Positions 40,143-51,261 of a stretch of 64,000 bases of DNA are shown here, one piece after another. The DNA lies in NCBI GenBank assembly GCA_046048135.1, contig JBJOGR010000009.1, forward strand, positions 18,255 through 82,254. The letters run 5' to 3'. The stretch comes from Actinomycetota bacterium. Its GTDB lineage: Bacteria; Actinomycetota; Actinomycetes; S36-B12; UBA5976. Under the pieces are notes generated by a model, which had not been told where the DNA came from, searched no databases, and worked only from the letters and a program-made list of their open reading frames with translations. Each line of letters begins with the position of its first letter. Position 1 is the stretch's first letter. Position numbers and translations under genes: made by a program.

Positions 40143-42003
40143 ATTTTTCAAATTGCTTATTATATAAATCCGCATAAACGGAGTTAGTCGCTAAAAGATT
40201 TTGATGTGTATCAAGAGCTATTAACTCTCCATCTTTAATAACAGCTATTTGATCTGCAGATATGACTGTTGAAAGCCTATGAGCGATGACAACAGAAGTT
40301 CTATTTATCAACACTGAGCTAAGTGCCTTTTGAACTTCTGCTTCACTTTCATTGTCTAAATGCGCAGTTGCCTCATCTAGAATAATTATTCGTGGCTGTT
40401 TCAAAAAAACTCTTGCTATTGCGATTCTTTGTTTTTCTCCCCCACTTAATCTATATCCTCTGTCACCTACCACCGTATTTAATTTCTCAGGTAATTCAGA
40501 AATAAAATCTTTTATTTGAGCACTTTCTAATGCTTGCCACATGTCATCTTCACTGGCCGTTGATTTAGCATAAAGCAAGTTATTTTTAATTGTGTCGTGA
40601 AATAAATGTGAATCTTGAGTAACTACACCTATATTGTCACGAATATCAATTCTGCTTATATCTTTTACGTTGGTATCTCCAATCAAAACTTCACCACTTG
40701 TTGGATCATAAATTCTAGAAATTAATTGAGAAAGAGTTGTCTTACCACTGCCACTTGGTCCAACTAAAGCCGTCATAGACCCAGGTTTCATGACTAAAGA
40801 AATATTTTTTAGCACTTCAGTATTGGACTCTATAAAATTTTCTTGATTTATAAGTTCTAGCGATTCTATTCCAACTTCTTTTCTGGTCGGATAAGTGAAA
40901 GTTACATTTTTAAATTCAATCCCAAGTGGACCTTCAGGTAGCTTTTTAGGCGCAACAGGATCTCTAATTAGAGTTTTTAAATCTAATATTTCAAATACTC
41001 TTTCAAATGACACTAATGCAGTCATTACATCTACTCTGACATTAGATAAACCAGTTAAAGGTCCATAAAGCCTTCCTAGTAAAGCAGCTAGTGCCAATAA
41101 TGTTCCAATAGTGAGAGTTTTTTCTACTACTAAAACTCCACCCAGTCCATAAACAATGGCAGTGGCAATTGTTGCAACCGTTGTTAAAGCTACAAAAAAG
41201 ATTCGATTAGTCATAGCAATTTTTATTCCAATATCTTTAACTCTTGAAGCTTTTTCAAAGAAATTTTTTGATTCTTTTTCTGGAGAACCAAATAATTTTG
41301 CTAGTAAAGCACCTGAAACATTAAATTTTTCATTCATAGTTTGACTCATTTGAGAATTCAAATTCATTTGCTCTCTAGATAATGCTTGAACTTTCTTACC
41401 CATATATTTTGCTGGAATTAGAAAAATTGGCAATAAAACAAGAGAAGTAAGGGTGATGCTCCAGGAAAGAAAAAACATTGTTCCAAGTACTACAACTAGA
41501 CTTATTCCATTTGAAACTATGCCGCTTAATGTTGAAGTAAATGCCTGTTGGGCGCCAATGACATCACCATTTACTCGTGAGATTAGAGAACCAGTTTGGG
41601 TTCTTGTAAAAAATGCAATTGGTTGAGATTGAACATGATCAAAAACTTGACTTCTTAAAGTAAGGATTAATCCTTCACCTATTCTTGAGCTAAAAAGTCT
41701 TTCAATGATGCTTAACCCGGCTGACAATATTGCAAGAACTGCAACTAAAACAGCAGTCGTAATTACAATTTGTTTATTACCTGCTGAAATTCCATCATCA
41801 ACTATTCTTTTAAACAAAAGTGGTTGAGCCACAACTAGAAATGCATCAACGATAACTATTAATACAAGGTAAGTAATATCTTTATTTAAAGGTTTTGCAT
41901 ATCTAACTATTCGGTTGAACGTATCAGATTTAATTCCCTTGTTTTTGACACTGGAATCTCTTGTCAACGATCTATAGGATTCCCATATCTGCATCTGACT
42001 CAT
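40135..42003 (-). CDS. ABC exporter, fused permease/ATPase
   Basis: TMD followed by GPSGSGKT, LSGGEKQR, ILDEATAHLD, AHRLS. Confidence 0.95.
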   Translation of the reverse strand: MSQMQIWESYRSLTRDSSVKNKGIKSDTFNRIVRYAKPLNKDITYLVLIVIVDAFLVVAQPLLFKRIVDDGISAGNKQIVITTAVLVAVLAILSAGLSIIERLFSSRIGEGLILTLRSQVFDHVQSQPIAFFTRTQTGSLISRVNGDVIGAQQAFTSTLSGIVSNGISLVVVLGTMFFLSWSITLTSLVLLPIFLIPAKYMGKKVQALSREQMNLNSQMSQTMNEKFNVSGALLAKLFGSPEKESKNFFEKASRVKDIGIKIAMTNRIFFVALTTVATIATAIVYGLGGVLVVEKTLTIGTLLALAALLGRLYGPLTGLSNVRVDVMTALVSFERVFEILDLKTLIRDPVAPKKLPEGPLGIEFKNVTFTYPTRKEVGIESLELINQENFIESNTEVLKNISLVMKPGSMTALVGPSGSGKTTLSQLISRIYDPTSGEVLIGDTNVKDISRIDIRDNIGVVTQDSHLFHDTIKNNLLYAKSTASEDDMWQALESAQIKDFISELPEKLNTVVGDRGYRLSGGEKQRIAIARVFLKQPRIIILDEATAHLDNESEAEVQKALSSVLINRTSVVIAHRLSTVISADQIAVIKDGELIALDTHQNLLATNSVYADLYNKQFEKSI

Positions 42004-42042
42004 ATTTATAAGAGTCTAGTTGAGAATGCGTACTTCAACGAC

Positions 42043-42366
42043 TTAAAGATTAAATCCTAGAGCTCTTAACATTTGACGACCTTCATCTGTAATTTTGTCT
42101 GGACCCCAAGGTGGCATCCAAACCCAATTGATTGTGAATTCATCAACTATTCCATTTAAAGCTGCTTTTGTTTGATCTTCAATTACATCAGTTAAAGGGC
42201 ATGCTGCAGAAGTCAAGGTCATATCAATTACAGCTTTATTGTCTTCAGTTACTTCTACTCCGTAGATTAAACCTAAGTCAACGACGTTAATTCCTAATTC
42301 TGGATCAACCACATCGTGCAACGCTTCGTAAACATTATCTTTTGCTGCAACAACATCAACTGCCAT
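42043..42366 (-). CDS. sufT: Metal-sulfur cluster assembly factor (DUF59/SufT)
   Basis: VVDPELGINVVDLGLIY, MTLTSAACP, WMPPW. Confidence 0.92.
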   Translation of the reverse strand: MAVDVVAAKDNVYEALHDVVDPELGINVVDLGLIYGVEVTEDNKAVIDMTLTSAACPLTDVIEDQTKAALNGIVDEFTINWVWMPPWGPDKITDEGRQMLRALGFNL

Positions 42367-42814
42367 TTACTTCTCCTTGTGCTCTTATGATTGCATCCTT
42401 TGCTGCCATCCAAGACAACAAAGCACATTTTACTCTTGCTGGATACTGAGCAACTCCTATCATAGAAACTCCATCTCCAATCAAGTCTTCATTTCCTTGA
42501 TAATTGCCTTTTCCTTGCATCATTTTTAAAAAATCATCACTTATTTGATCGAACTCCTCAATTGACTTTTGATTCACTTGTTCAAACATGATGCTTGCCG
42601 AGGCTTGACTAATAGAACAGCCCTGACCATCGTATGAAATACTTTCAATTTTTTTCTTATCTTGGGATAGTTTTACCTGAACAGTAATTTCATCACCACA
42701 AGTTGGATTAACATGATGTGCTTGTCCATCGTATGGATCTTTAAGGCCTTTTCCTCTAGGAGATTTATAATGATCCAAGATAACTTCTTGATACATATTT
42801 GAAAGTTGCATCAT
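42356..42814 (-). CDS. sufU: SUF sulfur-transfer protein
   Basis: YQEVILDH, NPTCGD, GCSISQAS, RVKCALL. Confidence 0.95.
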   Translation of the reverse strand: MMQLSNMYQEVILDHYKSPRGKGLKDPYDGQAHHVNPTCGDEITVQVKLSQDKKKIESISYDGQGCSISQASASIMFEQVNQKSIEEFDQISDDFLKMMQGKGNYQGNEDLIGDGVSMIGVAQYPARVKCALLSWMAAKDAIIRAQGEVNGS

Positions 42815-44106
42815 TTAACTCCAAAGAATTTAAAAACTTTTTCAATTCCATCAAGTAAAGCTAGAATATCGGATTCGTCATTATAAATATAGGTACTTGC
42901 TCTTGTGGTGGATTGAACTTTTAATTTATCCATAATTGGTCTTGCGCAATGATTTCCAACTCTTACTGCAATTCCTAAATCATCTAATACTTGACCTACA
43001 TCGTGTGGGTGCAATCCTTCAAGTGCGAATGAAACTGTGCTACCCCTATCAATATTTGAAGTTGGTCCATAAATTTTTACTTTATCAATACTCATTAATC
43101 CATTAATTAATTTAGACGTTAAAAATCTTTCATAATTATGTACATTTTCCATACCTAAATTTTGTAAGTATTCAACAGCAGCACCAAGTGCTACAGCTTC
43201 TGCTGCAGGAGGTGTGCCTGCTTCAAATTTTTTGGGAGGTTTTGCAAAAGTTGATTTTTGCATCGTTACTGTTTCAATCATTGATCCACCTGTAATAAAC
43301 GGTGGCATGATTTCTAAAAGTTCAGCTGTTGCGGCTATTAAACCGATTCCAAGAGGTCCCAGCATTTTATGCCCAGACCAAGCAATTGCATCGGCACCTA
43401 GCTTTTGAAAATCAACTGGCATATGAGGAACCGATTGACATGCATCTAGGAAGAAAAATGCATTAACTTTCTTTGCAGCTTTGCCTATTCGCTCTACATC
43501 AGTTATTGATCCAAGCACATTACTCATGTGAGAAACAGAAACAATACGTGTTTTATTAGTTATTACTGAATCCAGTTGAGAATAATCTAATAAGCCTTCT
43601 TCTGTAATAGGAATCCACTTTAAAACGGTGCCAATCTTTGAGCACAATTCTTGCCAAGGAATTAGATTTGCATGGTGTTCTAATTCAGATACCACAATTT
43701 CATCACCTGGATGTAAAACAAGTCGAGGATCAATTAATTTATCATTTTTAGATTTTAATGTTGCATTTAAAAAAGCGTAAGATAATAAATTTAAAGATTC
43801 TGTTGCATTTTTTGTAAATACAATTTGTTCAGGTTTGACATTAACAAAACTAGCAATTTTTTCCCTGGCTTTCTCATGGGCATCAGTTGCAAGTTCTGCT
43901 AGATAATAGGCTCCCCTATGGACTCCTGAATTAATAGTTTCATAAAAATTATTTTGAGCATCAATTACTATTTGAGGTTTTTGAGATGTTGCTGCACTGT
44001 CTAAATAAATTAATTTCTTATCATTTCGAACATGTCTTTCAAGAATAGGAAAATCAAGTTGGATTTTTTTAATATCCAACTTGAAATTCGAATCTATTAC
44101 TGTCAT
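42811..44106 (-). CDS. sufS: Cysteine desulfurase (type II)
   Basis: YLDSAATSQKP, EHHAN, SGHKM, HPHD, RVGNHCA. Confidence 0.96.
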   Translation of the reverse strand: MTVIDSNFKLDIKKIQLDFPILERHVRNDKKLIYLDSAATSQKPQIVIDAQNNFYETINSGVHRGAYYLAELATDAHEKAREKIASFVNVKPEQIVFTKNATESLNLLSYAFLNATLKSKNDKLIDPRLVLHPGDEIVVSELEHHANLIPWQELCSKIGTVLKWIPITEEGLLDYSQLDSVITNKTRIVSVSHMSNVLGSITDVERIGKAAKKVNAFFFLDACQSVPHMPVDFQKLGADAIAWSGHKMLGPLGIGLIAATAELLEIMPPFITGGSMIETVTMQKSTFAKPPKKFEAGTPPAAEAVALGAAVEYLQNLGMENVHNYERFLTSKLINGLMSIDKVKIYGPTSNIDRGSTVSFALEGLHPHDVGQVLDDLGIAVRVGNHCARPIMDKLKVQSTTRASTYIYNDESDILALLDGIEKVFKFFGVK

Positions 44107-44867
44107 GCTCCTGTTGTTGCTTTAGAAAACTTAACGTAACCGTTAGCTTCTAGTTCCTCTGCTAATTCTTGACCGCCAGTAGCAGCAATTCGTCCTTCAA
44201 CGAAAACACTAACTTTGTCTGGTTTTACATACCTTAAAATTCGGGTGTAGTGAGTAATTAGTAGTACCCCGGTGTTATTTTTTGTAACAGTTCTATTAAT
44301 TCCTTCTGAAACAATTCTTAAAGCATCCACATCAAGACCTGAATCAGTTTCATCCAAGATGGCAATTTTCGGTTTCATTAATTCAAGTTGAAGAATTTCA
44401 TGTCTCTTCTTTTCTCCACCAGAAAAACCTTCGTTGACATTTCTTTCTGAAAATGATTGATCCATTCCTATTTCTTTCATGGATTCATTCATCTCTTTCA
44501 ACCAGTCACGTAATTTAGGAGCCTCTCCTCTTAGAGCAGTAATTGAAGAGCGTAAGAAATTGCTGACTGACACACCTGGAATTTCGACCGGATATTGCAT
44601 TGCTAAAAAGAGTCCTGCTTTTGCTCTTTCATCTACAGACATTTCCAATACATCTGCACCGTCTAAAGTTACTGTTCCTTGGGTAATTGTGTATTTAGGA
44701 TGTCCTGCAACGGCATATGCCAAAGTTGATTTACCGGATCCATTTGGTCCCATGATGGCATGAGTTTCACCAGACTTAATAGTTAAATCAACACCTCTTA
44801 AAATTTCTTTCAATTCACCATCAGTCTCAACACTTACGTGTAAATCTTTGATTACTAATTCAGACAT
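44103..44867 (-). CDS. sufC: Fe-S assembly ATPase
   Basis: GPNGSGKST, FSGGEKKR, LDETDSGLD. Start placed at MSELVIKD (44867) after SD AAGGA. Confidence 0.96.
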   Translation of the reverse strand: MSELVIKDLHVSVETDGELKEILRGVDLTIKSGETHAIMGPNGSGKSTLAYAVAGHPKYTITQGTVTLDGADVLEMSVDERAKAGLFLAMQYPVEIPGVSVSNFLRSSITALRGEAPKLRDWLKEMNESMKEIGMDQSFSERNVNEGFSGGEKKRHEILQLELMKPKIAILDETDSGLDVDALRIVSEGINRTVTKNNTGVLLITHYTRILRYVKPDKVSVFVEGRIAATGGQELAEELEANGYVKFSKATTGA

Positions 44868-44880
44868 ATTTTTTCCTTTT

Positions 44881-45201
44881 CTATATTCCAACTTTTACGA
44901 TGCCGTTTTCGCCATCGCCTTCTACCTGTACTTCAAATACTTCTAAAGCTGTTGTTGCAGGTGGAGTTTTTGGCTCTCCAGTTGCCAAATCAAATTCAGA
45001 TCCATGAAGCCAACATTCAATTCCTGAATCGGTAACAGAACCTTCACTTAATGAAACTGCCCCATGAGTGCAAGCATCACTTACTGCATGGAAACCACTT
45101 TTGTTTCTAACTAAACAAATAGTTTCACCATTCAAATCTATGGCTTTTGCACTTCCTACTGCAAAATCTGCAACTTTTCCGACTGTTGTCCAATTTGTCA
45201 T
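44881..45201 (-). CDS. Rieske [2Fe-2S] ferredoxin
   Basis: CTH...CWLHGS.FDL.TG; inside the suf operon. Confidence 0.93.
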   Translation of the reverse strand: MTNWTTVGKVADFAVGSAKAIDLNGETICLVRNKSGFHAVSDACTHGAVSLSEGSVTDSGIECWLHGSEFDLATGEPKTPPATTALEVFEVQVEGDGENGIVKVGI

Positions 45202-46340
45202 TTATTAGCTCTTTCAATTGCAGCATTTAGTTTTTCTGTTAATTTTTCTTTCAAATTAACGTCACTAAATTCACCGAAAATTCCTGAAAAGAATCCTTCG
45301 ATAACAAGTTGTCGTGCGGTGTGTTCATCAATACCACGAGACATTAAGTAAAAAAGTTGATCATCATCTAGACGACCAGTGACACTTGCGTGTCCAGCTT
45401 TTTGAACCTCTCCTGTTTCTATTTCAAGATTAGGTACTGAATCAGCTCTTGCCCCATCATCTAATAAAAGATTGCGGTTCATTTCGTAAGTGTCTGTTCC
45501 AGTAGCAACTTTACGAATTAGAACATCTCCCACCCAAACGGTATGACTACCTTCGCCTTGAGCTCCACCTCTATATAAAACATTGCTTCGACAATCTTTC
45601 ATATTGTGATCAACAAATACCCTATTTTCAAAAAATTGACCATTTGTTGCTAAAAACACACCAAATAAATCAATAGATGCATGAGGTCCTGAGAATTTTG
45701 CTCTTGGAATGTAGCGAAGTACATCAGAACCCAATTCAACTGACAAAGTTCTTACATTTGCATCCTTTGCCAATATAAATTGCTGTTCACTAATTAGCAC
45801 TGATTTATTAGATGCATCGAAAATATTTATGACATCGATTTTTGAATTATCTAGTGCTTCGATTTCTGAATTAATGCCACCAATTCCTTCACCGATGTAC
45901 TCAAGCACTACTGTCGATTTGCTGTGTTGTCCGGCTTCAATTTTTATGTGTGAATATTGAATTCCTGAATTTAAATTGATTTTTACCCAAATCAGTTCAT
46001 TAGATTCAAATTCCTTAGGAACAGAAATCACCAAAACTTCTTTAGCGCTAGCAAAAGATCTCGCAGTTACGCGATCTGTGGCTAAAAAATTAGATTTAAG
46101 TTCTGATTTACTTATTACTTGGTGTTTAACAGAAGGATTGGCTTCTACTTCAAATTTAAAATTTGTTGAAGCAGCAGCATCAACGTGTAAATTACCAACA
46201 CGTTTTAAAGGCGTATAGCGCCATTCCTCTTCTCTTCCATTTGGAACTGGAAAATCATCAGGGTTAATAGAAGCAATACGATCTGGCCTGGCATCAGTAC
46301 TTTTAAGTAAAATTTCTCTTTCTTGTAATCCAGTACTCAT
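45198..46340 (-). CDS. sufD: Fe-S assembly protein
   Basis: [33 protein letters not shown]. Confidence 0.95.
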   Translation of the reverse strand: MSTGLQEREILLKSTDARPDRIASINPDDFPVPNGREEEWRYTPLKRVGNLHVDAAASTNFKFEVEANPSVKHQVISKSELKSNFLATDRVTARSFASAKEVLVISVPKEFESNELIWVKINLNSGIQYSHIKIEAGQHSKSTVVLEYIGEGIGGINSEIEALDNSKIDVINIFDASNKSVLISEQQFILAKDANVRTLSVELGSDVLRYIPRAKFSGPHASIDLFGVFLATNGQFFENRVFVDHNMKDCRSNVLYRGGAQGEGSHTVWVGDVLIRKVATGTDTYEMNRNLLLDDGARADSVPNLEIETGEVQKAGHASVTGRLDDDQLFYLMSRGIDEHTARQLVIEGFFSGIFGEFSDVNLKEKLTEKLNAAIERANK

Positions 46341-47746
46341 CCAACAGCACCTTCCATTTGTAATTCAATTAATCGATTCAATTCAATTGCATATTCCATT
46401 GGTAATTCTCTTGCAATTGGTTCAACGAAACCACGAACAATCATTGCCATAGCTTCATCTTCATTCAGACCTCTTTGCATCAAATAAAAGAGTTGATCTT
46501 CACTAACTTTTGAAACTGTTGCTTCATGTCCCATTGACACATCATCTTCGCGACAATCAATATAAGGATAAGTATCTGAACGAGAAATGTCATCCACTAA
46601 AAGTGCATCACATTTAACAGTTGTTTTGGAGTTATATGATCCTTCGTTTACCTGGATTAATCCACGATAAGAAGTTCTACCTCCACCTCTTGCCACTGAT
46701 TTAGAAATAATTGTGGATGAAGTGTTTGGAGCCGCGTGAACCATTTTTGCTCCAGCATCTTGATGTTGACCTTCGCCAGCAAAAGCGACAGACATTGTTT
46801 CACCTTTGGCATGTTCTCCAACTAACCAAACGGCTGGATACTTCATAGTTACTTTTGAACCGATGTTGCCATCAATCCACTCCATAGTTGCACCTTGTTG
46901 AGCAACTGCTCTTTTTGTAACTAAGTTATAAACATTGTTAGACCAATTTTGAATCGTGGTGTAACGACATCTAGCATTTTTCTTTACAATAATTTCAACT
47001 ACAGCACTATGTAATGAATCAGAAGAATAGATAGGTGCAGTACAGCCTTCCACGTAATGCACATATGCATCTTCATCAACAATAATTAGAGTTCTTTCGA
47101 ACTGACCCATATTTTCTGTATTTATTCTGAAATAAGCTTGTAAAGGAATATCAACTTTTACTCCCTTTGGAACATAAATAAATGATCCACCAGACCAAAC
47201 TGCAGTGTTCAATGCGGCGAATTTGTTATCACCCGATGGAATAACGGAACCAAAATATTCTTTAAAAATATCTTCATGTTGCTTTAAACCTGTGTCTGTA
47301 TCAAGAAAAATAACACCCTGTTTTTCTAGATCTTCACGAATTTGGTGATAAACAACTTCTGATTCGTATTGGGCAGCAACTCCTGCAATTAATCTCTTCT
47401 TTTCAGCTTCAGGAATTCCTAAACGGTCATAAGTATTTTTAATATCATCAGGTAGTTCTTCCCATGAGGTTGCTTGTTTTTCAGTTGAGCGAACAAAGTA
47501 TTTAATATTGTCAAAATCGATTCCTCCCAAATAAGCACCCCAATTTGGTAAAGGTTTCTTTTCAAAAAGACTCAAAGCTTTTAATCTAGTTTCTAACATC
47601 CAGGCAGGTTCATTTTTCTTAGCACTGATATCTCTTACAACTTCTTCAGTTAAGCCACGTTTAGCATTTTTACCAGCATCATTTTTGTCATGCCATCCAT
47701 ATTCATAATTTCCTAAACCTTCTAATTCAGGACGAGCTATTGTCAT
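46337..47746 (-). CDS. sufB: Fe-S assembly protein
   Basis: [29 protein letters not shown]; no intein. Confidence 0.98.
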   Translation of the reverse strand: MTIARPELEGLGNYEYGWHDKNDAGKNAKRGLTEEVVRDISAKKNEPAWMLETRLKALSLFEKKPLPNWGAYLGGIDFDNIKYFVRSTEKQATSWEELPDDIKNTYDRLGIPEAEKKRLIAGVAAQYESEVVYHQIREDLEKQGVIFLDTDTGLKQHEDIFKEYFGSVIPSGDNKFAALNTAVWSGGSFIYVPKGVKVDIPLQAYFRINTENMGQFERTLIIVDEDAYVHYVEGCTAPIYSSDSLHSAVVEIIVKKNARCRYTTIQNWSNNVYNLVTKRAVAQQGATMEWIDGNIGSKVTMKYPAVWLVGEHAKGETMSVAFAGEGQHQDAGAKMVHAAPNTSSTIISKSVARGGGRTSYRGLIQVNEGSYNSKTTVKCDALLVDDISRSDTYPYIDCREDDVSMGHEATVSKVSEDQLFYLMQRGLNEDEAMAMIVRGFVEPIARELPMEYAIELNRLIELQMEGAVG

Positions 47747-48441
47747 TTGTTCTCCTTATATTGTTTGGCTGAACTAACTGCTGATTTTGGCAAAGTACTT
47801 ATCAAGCTAGTGCAAATATTTCCACCTTTTGCAATAGTTGAAATTCTAGTTACATTAACTCCTAAAATTGAATTAAACATTTCAAGTTCTGCTTCACAGA
47901 ACTCATGATGCTTTTCCGCAACATGTGCGATAGGGCAATTGTGTTGGCAAAGTTGAATAGTGTGAGTTGGACCTGAACCTTTATCAGATGTGGCTGCAAA
48001 TCCTTCTTTAGTCAATACTTCAGTTAATTTTTCAACTTTCTTATCTAAAGTTTTAAACTTTTCTAATTCATTAACATATTGTGTGAATATTTTTTTAACT
48101 CTTTTTTCTGCAAAGAGTTTTACAGCTTGTTTTCCTTGTAAACCATTTATGAACTCAACTGCATCTTCTGCCAACCCCTGATATTGATTTTCAAAAAAAT
48201 CTCTTCCTTGCGGGGTCAATGCATAAACTTTGGCAGGTCTTCCTCTTCCTTTTGGTTTTGCAGGACCAAATGGTGCAATTTCGTGACATTCGGCTAAAGA
48301 TTTTTCTGTCATGTCATCAAGATGTTTTCTAACTGCTACTGCACTAATGCCTAAAGAATCAGCCAAATCACTTGCTGAGATGGGTCCCTTTTTAAGCAGT
48401 TCCCGAGCTAAGCGATCTCTACCGACAGTCTTGAATTCCAT
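47743..48441 (-). CDS. sufR: Fe-S cluster transcriptional regulator
   Basis: HTH (AVRKHL), GRGRPAK.Y.LT, CQHNCP...CEAE...C ligands; first gene of the suf operon. Confidence 0.92.
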   Translation of the reverse strand: MEFKTVGRDRLARELLKKGPISASDLADSLGISAVAVRKHLDDMTEKSLAECHEIAPFGPAKPKGRGRPAKVYALTPQGRDFFENQYQGLAEDAVEFINGLQGKQAVKLFAEKRVKKIFTQYVNELEKFKTLDKKVEKLTEVLTKEGFAATSDKGSGPTHTIQLCQHNCPIAHVAEKHHEFCEAELEMFNSILGVNVTRISTIAKGGNICTSLISTLPKSAVSSAKQYKENK

Positions 48442-48476
48442 AACCCTAGTGTTGCCTATTAGCCGATTGCGTGCAA
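48442..48476 (-). promoter_or_regulatory. suf operon promoter with probable SufR operator
   Basis: TTGCAC-17-AACACT, then 6 nt to the ATG; imperfect palindrome AACACTAGGGTT (48442-48453) overlaps the -10. Confidence 0.55.
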
Positions 48477-48505
48477 GTTAGAGGCAGTTAGACTCGAAAT
48501 AAGAC

Positions 48506-49399
48506 ATGAAAAAAAGCACTTTAATTAAACGGGCTCGATTAGCAAGCTTGTTAAACCTGATTGCTCAATCAGGGATCATCGTTACCGGAGCAGTAGTCCG
48601 ACTAACTGGTTCAGGCTTGGGTTGTCCAACTTGGCCTAATTGTGCACCAGGTTCCTTGGTGCCTGTGGCAAGTCAAGTTGAAGGATTTCATAAATATATT
48701 GAATTTGGAAATAGATTACTAACTTTTGTGGTCTTGATCGCTTCCATTGCAATTCTTGTAATAGCGCTAATTTCAAAGATCAAAACAATCATTATTTGGT
48801 CAAGTTTGCCCTTAATCGGAACTTTGCTTCAAGCTATTTTAGGTGGAATTACTGTTTTGACCGGATTAAATCCATTTACCGTTATGTTTCACTTTTTACT
48901 TTCAATAATTTTAGTTGCAATATCTACCATTATTTATAAATTTTGGTCTAAAGATAAGCCCACAAAAGTTGAATCTAACCTTGTAAGAAACTATGTAAAA
49001 TTTTTTACACTCGTCGGTTTTACAGTAATTCTTCTAGGAACAATCACTACAGGCTCTGGTCCGCATTCAGGTGATGAAATTGCTGCTCGATTTAATATTG
49101 ACACAAGAACTATTGCATGGATTCACGCAGATTCAGTGTTGCTGTTCATTGGATTATTAATCGGCTTGATTCTTCTAGTGAAAACTAATAAAGATTTGAA
49201 ATCTCTATCAAAAAGTTTAAATACCCTATTTTTTCTATGTATTATCCAAGGTTTGATTGGCTATACACAGTGGTTTACAAACCTACCTTGGATATTAGTT
49301 GGATTTCACGTATTAGGTTCAGTCCTAATATGGATTAATCTAATATTTATCTTTGAAAAATCAATTTATTCGCTTAAGAATCGCATTAAGCAAATCTAA
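48506..49399 (+). CDS. ctaA: Heme A synthase (COX15/CtaA)
   Basis: VTGAVVRLTGSGLGCPTWPNC, IEFGNR, TGSGPHSGD. Confidence 0.93.
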   Translation: MKKSTLIKRARLASLLNLIAQSGIIVTGAVVRLTGSGLGCPTWPNCAPGSLVPVASQVEGFHKYIEFGNRLLTFVVLIASIAILVIALISKIKTIIIWSSLPLIGTLLQAILGGITVLTGLNPFTVMFHFLLSIILVAISTIIYKFWSKDKPTKVESNLVRNYVKFFTLVGFTVILLGTITTGSGPHSGDEIAARFNIDTRTIAWIHADSVLLFIGLLIGLILLVKTNKDLKSLSKSLNTLFFLCIIQGLIGYTQWFTNLPWILVGFHVLGSVLIWINLIFIFEKSIYSLKNRIKQI

Positions 49400-50218
49400 G
49401 CTAGATTCTGGTCGATATTTCATAAATAGCCAAGGCTCAGTTAACTCTAACTCCATTAAGACATATGAACCATCTAATTTCACGACATCAATACGTGCAT
49501 AAAGTAAATCATTCCAATATTTCAACTTAGATTTAACTATTTCAAAAATTTCTTCAATCTTGGAATCAATTTTTGCTAAACCAGCACCATCCCCGTGTCC
49601 ACCTTGAGTTAATGCAGGAACTTTATTGGCCACATGACTTAATTTCCCATCAATAACAACGATGGCTTTTTCACCTTCTAAATCAACACTTTCTACATAG
49701 GGCTGAATCATGGCAATTCTTTTATTATCGAAAATATTTTTTAGTAATATTTGTGCATCATTAATTGACTTAGCCCTTCCAGCTAGACGAGCTCCTGCTC
49801 CAATCGAGGGCTTGATTGCAATTGCATCTGACTGTTCAAATGCCCAAGCGATATGTTTATCAGCTTCATTCAAATCAGAACAAAATTCAGTTGGAATGAT
49901 AGGTATCCCATCTTCTTCTAATTCAAGAAGATATTTTTTATCAGTATTCCATTCAATTATTTCACTTGAGTTATAAAGTTTAGTTTCTCTTTCTACTTTC
50001 TTACTCCAAGAAACAAATTCGTCTCTAAATGGAACATAGTTCCAAGTTGAACGTATAACCGCTGCATCAAAATCATTCCATTTTATATCTTTGTCTTGCC
50101 AATTTGGAAATGAAAGATCAATTTTTAATTTATTGGCACTTTCTATTACAAAAGGGATATCTAAGTCTGGATCTGGATCTTTTGGGTCATCATCGCCAAC
50201 CACATATGCGATTTTCAT
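49361..50218 (-). CDS. RimK-like ATP-grasp protein
   Basis: RSTWNY, WNTDKKYL, IKPSIGAGA, QPY, YARID, MELELTEP. Confidence 0.85.
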   Translation of the reverse strand: MKIAYVVGDDDPKDPDPDLDIPFVIESANKLKIDLSFPNWQDKDIKWNDFDAAVIRSTWNYVPFRDEFVSWSKKVERETKLYNSSEIIEWNTDKKYLLELEEDGIPIIPTEFCSDLNEADKHIAWAFEQSDAIAIKPSIGAGARLAGRAKSINDAQILLKNIFDNKRIAMIQPYVESVDLEGEKAIVVIDGKLSHVANKVPALTQGGHGDGAGLAKIDSKIEEIFEIVKSKLKYWNDLLYARIDVVKLDGSYVLMELELTEPWLFMKYRPESSLDLLNAILKRIN

Positions 50219-51150
50219 CAGCTAATTAGTGGATCTAATCCGATTATTAGAAATAAAAGTGCAAGATAAGTAATAGAATAATTAAATAATTTCATCGGTA
50301 AAATTTCTTTAGCTTTGCTTGTAATTCTGAATCTAAGAGCAAAAGCCTCTTTAATAAATAACCCGTTTAATAAAATGGCAGAAATCCAATAATAGATTGA
50401 TAATTCAACTGTTAGCGGCAAAATCAGTGTTGTAATAGACATAATAAATGAGTAAATAATTATTTGATTTGCAACTTTTATATTCTCACTAACAACTGGA
50501 AGCATAGGAATACCGGCATTTGCATAGTCGTTTTTATACTGCATAGAAAGTGGCCAATAATGAGGTGGAGTCCACCAAAAAACAATTAAAAACAAAACAA
50601 TTGGTGCAAGATCAATAGAGTTTGTAACCGCTGCCCAACCAATCAAAACAGGAAAACAACCTGCTGCTCCGCCCCAAACGATGTTTGATGAAGTTCTTCT
50701 TTTTAATAGCAAGGTGTAAATACATACATAAAATACGATTGCTGATGCAGCCAAGACTGCAGACAAAGTATTGACACTACTTTGAAGCCAAATTACTGAA
50801 AGCAATGAAAGTGATATTCCAAGAGCAACTGCTCCCCTGATAGAAACTTTTCCTGTAACTAAGGGTCTATGAGCGGTTCTAGTCATTAATGCATCAATGT
50901 CTCGATCAACAACGTTATTGAGTGCATTTGCTCCTCCAGCTGCAAACGCTCCACCGATGAAAGTATTTAAAACTAATAACCAGTTAGGCCAACCTTTAGA
51001 TGCTAAAAACATCGTTGGAACTGTTGTTACAAGTAAAAGTTCAATGATTCTAGGTTTTGTTAATGCTACATAATTTTTAACCACTTGAAACAAAGATTCT
51101 TTTTCTACTCCGATTGAGTTATTTTGGGTGAACAAATCTTTAGATTTCAT
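50218..51150 (-). CDS. ctaB: Heme O synthase (protoheme IX farnesyltransferase)
   Basis: LTKPRII, DRDID..M.RT..RPL, WTPPHYWPL. Confidence 0.96.
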   Translation of the reverse strand: MKSKDLFTQNNSIGVEKESLFQVVKNYVALTKPRIIELLLVTTVPTMFLASKGWPNWLLVLNTFIGGAFAAGGANALNNVVDRDIDALMTRTAHRPLVTGKVSIRGAVALGISLSLLSVIWLQSSVNTLSAVLAASAIVFYVCIYTLLLKRRTSSNIVWGGAAGCFPVLIGWAAVTNSIDLAPIVLFLIVFWWTPPHYWPLSMQYKNDYANAGIPMLPVVSENIKVANQIIIYSFIMSITTLILPLTVELSIYYWISAILLNGLFIKEAFALRFRITSKAKEILPMKLFNYSITYLALLFLIIGLDPLIS

Positions 51151-51261
51151 GACCTAACTTACGTTACCTGAATAGATAATTCGGTGAGTTTGACGGATAG
51201 TGTGATTACAGACTCATTAGGCTATTCACTAGAGCGCAATCGAATAGAAGGACTTCAGATT

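Noticed and set aside
51184-51261. N-terminal extensions in the ORF track for tkt (also fabG, sufC, pup, pafC)
   Set aside because: Downstream starts have better SD or -10 support and match family N-termini; these are longest-ORF artefacts.
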